From the NCBI GenBank assembly GCA_016184305.1, contig JACPCX010000140.1, positions 1 to 15,220 on the forward strand: a stretch of 15,220 bases of DNA, given 5' to 3'. The position numbers were made by a program, and so were the translations under genes. Under the pieces are notes generated by a model. That model was not told where the DNA came from. It saw nothing but the letters and a program-made list of their open reading frames with translations, and searched no databases. Below are positions 6,810-12,891 of this stretch, piece by piece; position 1 is the stretch's first letter; every line of letters starts with the position of its first letter. The stretch is from Candidatus Rokuibacteriota bacterium. GTDB taxonomy: Bacteria; Methylomirabilota; Methylomirabilia; Rokubacteriales; CSP1-6.

Positions 6810-8036
6810 TCAGCCGAGCACCGCGGCGAGCGGCACCGCGAAGAGGCGCGGGCCGAGCGCGGTGGCGGACGTGCCGCCGTAGGCCAGGATGGCGGCCCGG
6901 CAGCGCGGTGTCCGATCGAGGAAGGCGCGGAGCCCGGCGGTGTCGCGCTCGTCCCAGCGGCTCGACGCCTTCACCTCGACCGCCAGGCTCTCGCGCGCCG
7001 TCTCGATGACGAAGTCCACCTCGTGGCGCCCCTGCACGTGCCAGTAGGCGAGCCGCGCCTCCGGCCACCGCGCCTCGATGGTGGCGCGGATGTTCTGCGC
7101 GGCGTAGGTCTCCACCAGAGCGCCCCGGAGGGCCGAGTCGTCCAGGCGCTCCCGCACCGAGAGCCCACAGAGATGCGCCGCCAGCCCCGAGTCGCTCACG
7201 TAGAGCTTGGGCGACTTGATCAGCCGGCTTGCGCGGTTGCCCAGGAACGGCTCCAGCCGGTGGAACACGAAGGACGTCTCCATGAGCCCCAGGTGGCGCC
7301 CCGCCGTCGCGCTGCCGAGCTTCGCGTCACGCGCCAGCTCCGAGAGCTTGAGGACCTGGGCCGTCCGGAGCGCGGCCAGGCGCAGGAGCTGGCGGAAGGA
7401 CACGAGATCGGCGACAGGGGCGAGCTCGCGCACGTCCCGCTCCAGGTACGTCTGCTCGTACCCCCTGAACCAGAGATCGGCATCTCGCGCCCGATCCAGG
7501 CACACGGCCGGCATGCCCCCGCGGAGGACGTCCGCGTCGCCGAGCGGCGAGAACGTCTGCCCTCGGGGCAGGCGCTGCGTCTCGAAGAAGCGCTTCAGGA
7601 ACGGCTCCGCGCGCAGCTCCCCCGCGGCCTCGCGCGGGGTGAACGGCCAGAGCGTCAGGTACACTGCCCTCCCGGCCAGGCTCTCGGTGATGCTCCGGAG
7701 CAGCGCGAAGTTCGCCGAGCCGGACAGCAGGAAGCGCCCCGGACGGCGATCGCGGTCCACTTCCAGCTTGATCGCCGTCAACAGCTCCGGGCATTTCTGC
7801 GCCTCGTCGATCGTCAGGGGCGGCCCACCGCGCACGAAGGCCGCCGGGTCCCGCCGGGCAGCCTCGAGCTGCGCGAACTCGTCGAGGCTCAGGTAGAGGC
7901 GCCCGCCGAGCCCGGGCTCGTGCTGCAGGAAGGTGCTCTTGCCGGCCTGCCGGAGGCCGGTGACCACCACCACCGGCATCTCCGCCAGCGCCGCGCGTAC
8001 GGCCGCTCCCAGCTCGCGCCGACGGTAGCCTGTCAC
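6810..8036 (-). CDS. AAA+ ATPase, AAA_14 + DUF4143 (COG1373-like), with C-terminal PD-(D/E)xK-like motif
   Basis: Walker A GLRQAGKST, Walker B LTIDEAQK, FLLSGSA, ESLAGR, RGGMP, YLERDVREL, KSPKLYVSDSGL, HEVDFVIE...AVEVKAS. Confidence 0.93.
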   Translation of the reverse strand: MTGYRRRELGAAVRAALAEMPVVVVTGLRQAGKSTFLQHEPGLGGRLYLSLDEFAQLEAARRDPAAFVRGGPPLTIDEAQKCPELLTAIKLEVDRDRRPGRFLLSGSANFALLRSITESLAGRAVYLTLWPFTPREAAGELRAEPFLKRFFETQRLPRGQTFSPLGDADVLRGGMPAVCLDRARDADLWFRGYEQTYLERDVRELAPVADLVSFRQLLRLAALRTAQVLKLSELARDAKLGSATAGRHLGLMETSFVFHRLEPFLGNRASRLIKSPKLYVSDSGLAAHLCGLSVRERLDDSALRGALVETYAAQNIRATIEARWPEARLAYWHVQGRHEVDFVIETARESLAVEVKASSRWDERDTAGLRAFLDRTPRCRAAILAYGGTSATALGPRLFAVPLAAVLG

Positions 8037-8046
8037 GATACTTCAG

Positions 8047-8075
8047 ATCATAGCGTCAAAATGACACTACAACAA
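8047..8075 (-). promoter_or_regulatory. Sigma70-type promoter of the AAA ATPase gene with operator-like palindrome in the spacer
   Basis: TTGTTG (8075-8070), 17 bp, TATGAT (8052-8047); GTCA-AAA-TGAC palindrome at 8055-8065; AT-rich island in a very GC-rich background. Confidence 0.65.
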
Positions 8076-8116
8076 GTCTCACCATGACAGCCCTCGCCGG
8101 CGGGACGTCGCGGCGT

Positions 8117-8974
8117 CTACTTGGGCACCACCTGGTAGAGCATGAAGGAGCGGACCGCCGCGCTCATCGGATACGGCAGCTCGCCCCTGGGCCCGAACCA
8201 CTTGTCGTAGAGCTCGAAGAACTTGCCCGACTCGATGCCCTCGAAGAGGCTGTTGTTGACGGCGGCCCGGAAGTCGGCATCGCCCTTCCGCATGGCCATG
8301 CCATACGGCTCGTAGGAGTAGAAGTCGCCGACGATCTCCCAGTCGGCCGGGTTCTGCGCCTTGACCTTGAGTCCGGCCAGCTGGATGCCGTCGTTCGTGA
8401 AGGCGTCCACCTGCCCCTGCACGAGTGCCTGGAAGGCCGCCGGCTGGTCGGGGAACTCGCGGAGCTGGCCCGTCGGCACGCGCTCGCGCATGATCCTCGC
8501 GTTCGTGGAGCCCTGCTGGGCGGCGATGCGCTTGCCGCCGATGTCGCCGATGCCCTTGATGGGGCTCCCCTTCTTGACGAGGAACTGGGCGCCCGTCACG
8601 AAGAACGTGATGGAGAAATCCACGCTGTCCCGCCGCGTCCGCGTGTCCGTCATGGTGCCCGCGATGAGGTCCACGGCGTTGGAGGAGAGCAGCGGGATGC
8701 GGGTCGGCGGGGTCGACTCCTTCTTCACGAGCTTCACGGGCTTGCCGAGCTTCTTCGAGATGGACGGGACGATGAGCTGGTCCACCAGGTCGATGGAGAA
8801 CCCGACCCACTCATTCCTGCTGTTGACGTACGCGAAGGGCGGCGAACCCGTGCGGGTGCCGATGGTCAGCTCCCCGGTGCGGCTGATCTTCTCGAGCGTG
8901 GTCTCCGCCAGGGCGGGCACCACACCTGCCGCCACGATGGCGACGGCGAGCAGCAGGCCGAGCATCCTCTTCAT
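8117..8974 (-). CDS. Polar amino acid ABC transporter substrate-binding protein (GltI-like, SBP family 3)
   Basis: Signal peptide (MKR...ALA-ET), TLEKISRTGELTIGTR, PPFAY, VGFSIDL, TRIPLL, EPYGMAMRKGD, LYDKWF; SD AGGAGGAG at 8987-8980. Confidence 0.95.
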   Translation of the reverse strand: MKRMLGLLLAVAIVAAGVVPALAETTLEKISRTGELTIGTRTGSPPFAYVNSRNEWVGFSIDLVDQLIVPSISKKLGKPVKLVKKESTPPTRIPLLSSNAVDLIAGTMTDTRTRRDSVDFSITFFVTGAQFLVKKGSPIKGIGDIGGKRIAAQQGSTNARIMRERVPTGQLREFPDQPAAFQALVQGQVDAFTNDGIQLAGLKVKAQNPADWEIVGDFYSYEPYGMAMRKGDADFRAAVNNSLFEGIESGKFFELYDKWFGPRGELPYPMSAAVRSFMLYQVVPK

Positions 8975-8989
8975 GGTGTCTCCTCCTCG

Positions 8990-9727
8990 TTAGTGGGACA
9001 GGATCTTGGACAAGAAGTCCTTCGCGCGGTCGGACATGGGCGCGGCGAAGAACGCCGCCGGCGGCTGCACCTCGACCACCTGGCCGCCATCCATGAACAC
9101 CACCCGGTGCGCGACGCGCCGGGCGAAGCCCATCTCATGGCTGACCACCATCATGGTCATGCCTTCCCGCGCCAGATCGGTCATGACCTCCAGCACCTCG
9201 TTGATCATCTCGGGGTCGAGCGCCGAGGTGGGCTCGTCGAAGAGCATGATGCGCGGCTGCATGGCCAGGGCCCGGGCGATGGCCACCCGCTGCTGCTGGC
9301 CGCCGGAGAGGTTCGCCGGGTAGTGGTCGGCCTTGTCCGGGATGCGCACGCGCTCCAGCAGATCACGCGCGATCTTCTCCGCCCCCGCGCCCGGGAGCCC
9401 CTTCACCTTCAGCGGGGCCAGCATGACGTTCTCGAGCGCCGTCATGTGGGGGAAGAGGTTGAAGGACTGGAACACCATCCCCACCTCCGCCCGCAGCCGG
9501 GACAGGTGGACCCGCGGGCCCGTGATGGACTGTCCATGAACGACGATCTCCCCCTTCTGGATTACCTCGAGCCGGTTCACGCACCGGATGAGGGTGCTCT
9601 TCCCCGAGCCCGACGGTCCGCACACGACCACGACCTCCCCCGCCTCCACCGTCAGATCGACGTCCTGGAGGACATGCAGGGGCCCGAACCACTTGTTGAC
9701 GCCCCTGAACTCGATGGCCGCTGCCAC
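8990..9727 (-). CDS. Polar amino acid ABC transporter ATP-binding protein (GlnQ/GltL-like)
   Basis: GPSGSGKST, VFQSFNLFPH, LSGGQQQRVAIARALAM, MLFDEPTSALDPE, VVSHEMGFAR. Confidence 0.97.
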   Translation of the reverse strand: MAAAIEFRGVNKWFGPLHVLQDVDLTVEAGEVVVVCGPSGSGKSTLIRCVNRLEVIQKGEIVVHGQSITGPRVHLSRLRAEVGMVFQSFNLFPHMTALENVMLAPLKVKGLPGAGAEKIARDLLERVRIPDKADHYPANLSGGQQQRVAIARALAMQPRIMLFDEPTSALDPEMINEVLEVMTDLAREGMTMMVVSHEMGFARRVAHRVVFMDGGQVVEVQPPAAFFAAPMSDRAKDFLSKILSH

Positions 9728-9731
9728 GCCG

Positions 9732-10229
9732 CTACTCGATCACCACGAGGACGTCGCCCGGGTTCACCGCCTGCCCCACCTGCACCCGGATCTCGCGCAC
9801 CGTCCCCCGCCCGGTGGCGTCGAACTCGTTCTCCATCTTCATGGCCTCGAGGATGATCAGACCATCCCCGGGCTGGACCTCCTGCCCGACCTCCACCTGG
9901 ATGGCCGTGACCCGCCCGGGCATCGGGGCCTTGAGCACCTGGCCGCCGTGGACGGTGGCGCCGCCGCGGGTGCGAATGATGTAGCGCGTCTCCTCCTCCA
10001 CCCGGATGCGGTACGTCTCGCCGTCCACCTGGACCACGAAGACGCCGTCCTCCTCGCTCACGTCGGCCACCAGCGACTCGCCCCCGATCAGGAGCGACCA
10101 GATGCCCTCCGCCGCGCGCCGCGCGTCCACCTCCAGCATCCGGCCCTCGACAGTAACCTGGAATCGGCCGTCCTGTCCTGTCACATCCACGGGGACGGTC
10201 GCGCTGTCGAGCTGCGCCTCGAACTTCAC
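9732..10229 (-). CDS. Biotin carboxyl carrier protein (biotinyl domain with BT-like N-terminal region)
   Basis: LKAPMPGRV...ILEAMKMENE (biotin Lys). GTG 10229 (MKFEAQ) is preferred over 10238 because SD GGAGGG (10243-10238) lies 8 nt upstream. Confidence 0.92.
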   Translation of the reverse strand: MKFEAQLDSATVPVDVTGQDGRFQVTVEGRMLEVDARRAAEGIWSLLIGGESLVADVSEEDGVFVVQVDGETYRIRVEEETRYIIRTRGGATVHGGQVLKAPMPGRVTAIQVEVGQEVQPGDGLIILEAMKMENEFDATGRGTVREIRVQVGQAVNPGDVLVVIE

Positions 10230-10297
10230 CGGGCGCACCCTCCCTCTCCGTTCGAGGGAGAAGGCCGGGGTGAGGGTGGCGGCGGCAGCGGAATCAC
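10226..10297 (-). other. Mini-ORF MIPLPPPPSPRPSPSNGEGGCAR* (23 aa) bridging accC and the biotin carrier gene
   Basis: GTG 10297-10295 overlaps the accC TGA (GTGA); its TGA 10228-10226 overlaps the carrier GTG 10229-10227 (GTGA); GGAG lies 6 nt upstream of its GTG. Confidence 0.4.
10236..10278 (-). repeat. REP-like element of the CCCTCACCCC..CCCTCTCCC-N-GGGAGAGGG type
   Basis: Minus strand reads CACCCTCACCCCGGCCTTCTCCCTCGAACGGAGAGGGAGGGTG; inner stem CCTTCTCC/GGAGAGGG, outer stem CACCCT/AGGGTG. Confidence 0.8.
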
Positions 10298-11799
10298 CGC
10301 GGTCTCCGGCTCGGACGCCCGGCCTGCGTCCAGGGGCTCAGGCCCGCCGGGGGAGGCAGCGGCGCCCGCTTCCCCGCCTGCTCGTAGGCGGTCAGCGCGG
10401 CGGCGACCAGGGCCACGGTGCGGCGCCGGCCCGCCGCCTCGGCGCGATCCACCGACATCAGCCGCTCCATGAACGCGGTGGACAGGCGCCCGGCCAGGAA
10501 GTCGGGGTGGCGCATGATGTGCTGGAGCACGGGGATCGTCGTCCGGACGCCGGCCACATGGTACTCGCCCAGCGCCCGCGCCATCCTGGCGATGGCGGCA
10601 TCGCGATCCGCTCCCCAGACGATGAGCTTCGCCATGAGCGTATCGTAGAAGCGCGGGATGATGCAGCCCGCGTAGACGCCCGAGTCGTCGCGCACCCACG
10701 GCCCACCGGGGATGCGGAGGCTCGTGATCCGCCCAGGCGCCGGCATGAAGTTGGCGTAGGGGTCTTCCGCGTTGATGCGGCACTCGATGGCCCAGCCGCT
10801 CCAGGTCACGTCGTCCTGGGCGAAGCCGAGCTTCTCGCCGGCCGCGATCCGGAGCTGCTCCTTCACGAGATCGCGCCCGGTGACGAATTCGGTCACGGGG
10901 TGCTCCACCTGCAACCGCGTGTTCATCTCGAGAAAGTAGAAGTTCCGATCGCGGTCCACGAGGAACTCCACCGTGCCCGCGTTCACGTACGCGACGGCCG
11001 CCGCCAGGCGGCAGGCGGCCTCGCCCATCCGGCGGCGCATCTCGGGCGTCACGAAGGGTGACGGGCTCTCCTCGATGAGCTTCTGGTGACGCCGCTGGAT
11101 GGAGCACTCGCGCTCGCCGAGGTGGACCACATTCCCGTGGCTGTCGGCCAGGATCTGGATCTCGATGTGGCGCGGCTCCTCGACGAAGCGCTCGATGTAC
11201 ACGGAGGCGTCGCCGAAGGCCGAGGCTGCTTCCGAGCGCGCGCCCCGGAGCGCCGCGGCCAGCTCGGCGGGGGTGCGCACGAGCCGCATGCCCTTGCCGC
11301 CCCCGCCCATGGCCGCCTTGATCATCACCGGGTACCCGATCTCACCCGCCACGCGCGCGGCCTCGGCGTCGTCGGTGACGGGGCTCTCGGTGCCCGGCAC
11401 CACCGGGACCTTCATCCGTAGGGCGGTGCGGCGCGCCGCCATCTTGTCCCCCATGGCGCGCATGGCCGCGGCCGGCGGCCCGATGAAGGCGAGCCCCGCC
11501 CCGGCGCAGGCCTCGGCGAAGGCCGCGTTCTCGGCGAGGAAGCCGTAGCCCGGATGCACGGCCTCGGCCCCCGTGGCCCGCGCCGCCGCGAGGATCTTCT
11601 CGATGGCGAGGTAGCTGTCGGCCGGGGCCGGCGGTCCGAGGAAGACTGCCTCGTCGGCCATCATGACGTGAAGCGACTCCCGGTCGGCCTCGGAGTACAC
11701 GGCAACCGTGGCGATCCCCAGCTCGCGGCAGGCTCGGATGACGCGGACGGCGATCTCGCCCCGATTGGCGACCAGCAGCTTCCCGAAGGGCGGGCTCAC
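10294..11799 (-). CDS. accC: Biotin carboxylase subunit of an acetyl/propionyl/methylcrotonyl-CoA carboxylase
   Basis: KLLVANRGEIAVRVIRAC, HPGYGFLAEN, GGGGKGMR, GERECSIQRRHQK, EMNTRLQVEHPVTE, ECRINAEDP. Confidence 0.97.
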   Translation of the reverse strand: MSPPFGKLLVANRGEIAVRVIRACRELGIATVAVYSEADRESLHVMMADEAVFLGPPAPADSYLAIEKILAAARATGAEAVHPGYGFLAENAAFAEACAGAGLAFIGPPAAAMRAMGDKMAARRTALRMKVPVVPGTESPVTDDAEAARVAGEIGYPVMIKAAMGGGGKGMRLVRTPAELAAALRGARSEAASAFGDASVYIERFVEEPRHIEIQILADSHGNVVHLGERECSIQRRHQKLIEESPSPFVTPEMRRRMGEAACRLAAAVAYVNAGTVEFLVDRDRNFYFLEMNTRLQVEHPVTEFVTGRDLVKEQLRIAAGEKLGFAQDDVTWSGWAIECRINAEDPYANFMPAPGRITSLRIPGGPWVRDDSGVYAGCIIPRFYDTLMAKLIVWGADRDAAIARMARALGEYHVAGVRTTIPVLQHIMRHPDFLAGRLSTAFMERLMSVDRAEAAGRRRTVALVAAALTAYEQAGKRAPLPPPAGLSPWTQAGRPSRRPR

Positions 11800-11808
11800 G
11801 GCGCAGCG

Positions 11809-11837
11809 ATGATAGCAGGGCGCCCAGGATCAGGCAA
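11809..11837 (-). promoter_or_regulatory. Sigma70 promoter of accC (near-leaderless)
   Basis: TTGCCT (11837-11832), 17 bp, TATCAT (11814-11809) with extended TG; GTG start only 9 nt after the -10, no SD. Confidence 0.65.
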
Positions 11838-11890
11838 CGCGCGGGCCATCGGGGCCGGCGCGGACGGGCGGGTCGCCGGGTGCGCGCCCA

Positions 11891-11962
11891 TCAGCCGCCG
11901 AGCTGGCGGATGGCCTCCTTGACGAACGTGGGATTCACGATGTCCTTGATACCACACGCCAT
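11891..11962 (-). pseudogene. Short gene remnant (M-A-C-)GIKDIVNPTFVKEAIRQLGG*, resembling the C-terminus of an SsuA/NMT1-like solute-binding protein
   Basis: Host-typical codons (ATC AAG GAC ATC GTG ... TTC GTC AAG GAG GCC ATC CGC CAG CTC GGC GGC TGA) in an intergenic region; DIVNPTFVKEA resembles the D.SF..A tail of such proteins. Confidence 0.4.
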
Positions 11963-12015
11963 CTCTCGTCCGGGACCGGGGGAGAGGGATGCGGAGCGGG
12001 GCCGGACGCTTCGCG

Positions 12016-12024
12016 TGCTACTCT
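12016..12024 (+). promoter_or_regulatory. Putative extended -10 (TGCTACTCT) for the CMD-PPOX pair
   Basis: TGn-TAnnnT match ~48 nt upstream of ATG 12072; SD AGGAGG at 12061-12066. Confidence 0.4.
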
Positions 12025-12071
12025 CGGCTCACCCGGTTCCCACGCATGCACGAGAGTCCGAGGAGGCAGCC

Positions 12072-12464
12072 ATGGCCCAGAGTGAGATGTACCGGAAGGG
12101 CAGCGAGGTGCGGCGGCGGCTGCTCGGGGATGCCTACGTCGACCGGTCCGACACGACCACCTACGCCGACCCGGTGATGCGGAAGTTCATCGACCTGGCC
12201 ACCGAGACGGTGTTCGGCGCGCTCTGGGCGCGCCCGGGGCTCGATCTCAAGACGCGAGCCCTCGTCTGCGTGGTGTCCGACGCGGCCACCGGCCGCGAGC
12301 CCGAGCTGGCGATCCACCTGCGGATGGCCCGCGGCCAGGGCTGGACCGAGGAGGAGCTGACCGAGGCGCTGCTCCACATGTCCGGCTACGTGGGCCTGCC
12401 TCTCATCCGCGAGGCGCTCCTGACTGCCACCAAGGTCTTCGCCGAGGGCAAGGCGGAGAAGTAG
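12072..12464 (+). CDS. Carboxymuconolactone decarboxylase (CMD/AhpD-like) family protein
   Basis: MAQSEMYRKGSEVRRRLLGDAYVD...FGALWARPGLDLKTRAL...ELAIHLRMA...GWTEEELTEALLHMSGYVGLP; strong SD before ATG 12072. Confidence 0.92.
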   Translation: MAQSEMYRKGSEVRRRLLGDAYVDRSDTTTYADPVMRKFIDLATETVFGALWARPGLDLKTRALVCVVSDAATGREPELAIHLRMARGQGWTEEELTEALLHMSGYVGLPLIREALLTATKVFAEGKAEK

Positions 12465-12487
12465 CTCGAGAGCGCAGTCGGCGCACC

Positions 12488-12865
12488 GTGAGCGACATCA
12501 GCGATCTCGATCGGCATCGCTATCTGAGCCTTGGGACCTTCCGCCGGAGCGGGGCCGAGGTGACGACTCCCGTCTGGTTCGCGGCGGGCGATGGAAAGCT
12601 CTACGTCTTCACGGCTGGCGCGTCGGGCAAGGTCAAGCGATTGCGCCACTCGCCGCGCGCGCGCATCGCCCCCTCGGATGCGCGCGGCCGACCCCGCGGC
12701 GCCTGGCGGGACGCAACCGCAACCATCCTCACCGAGCCGGCGTCGATCGACCGGGCGCGCACGGCGCTCCGGGCGAAGTATGGCTGGCAGATGTGGCTGA
12801 CCGACCTCTTCTCGCGGCTCGCGGGGCGCATCCGCAATCGCGCCTGGATCGAGATCGAGGCCTGA
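12488..12865 (+). CDS. PPOX class (split beta-barrel) putative F420-dependent oxidoreductase
   Basis: YLSLGTFRRSG..VTTPVWFA...LYVFT...SGKVKRLRHSPR.RIAPSDARGRP...KYGWQ. Confidence 0.9.
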   Translation: MSDISDLDRHRYLSLGTFRRSGAEVTTPVWFAAGDGKLYVFTAGASGKVKRLRHSPRARIAPSDARGRPRGAWRDATATILTEPASIDRARTALRAKYGWQMWLTDLFSRLAGRIRNRAWIEIEA

Positions 12866-12891
12866 AGGCGGTGACGGCGCTGACCTTCAGG
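12861..12891. terminator. Hairpin between convergent genes, possible bidirectional terminator
   Basis: Perfect 8-bp inverted repeat CCTGAAGG (12861-12868) / CCTTCAGG (12884-12891) containing both stop codons; no U-tract. Confidence 0.45.

Noticed and set aside
6785..8116. IS element or transposon
   Set aside because: No DDE, HUH or recombinase motifs and no clear target-site duplication were seen; it is reported only as an inserted cassette.
11880..12071. N-terminal extension of the CMD protein (194-aa ORF)
   Set aside because: There is a strong SD before ATG 12072, and the extension crosses a promoter-like site, a repeat and an opposite-strand remnant.
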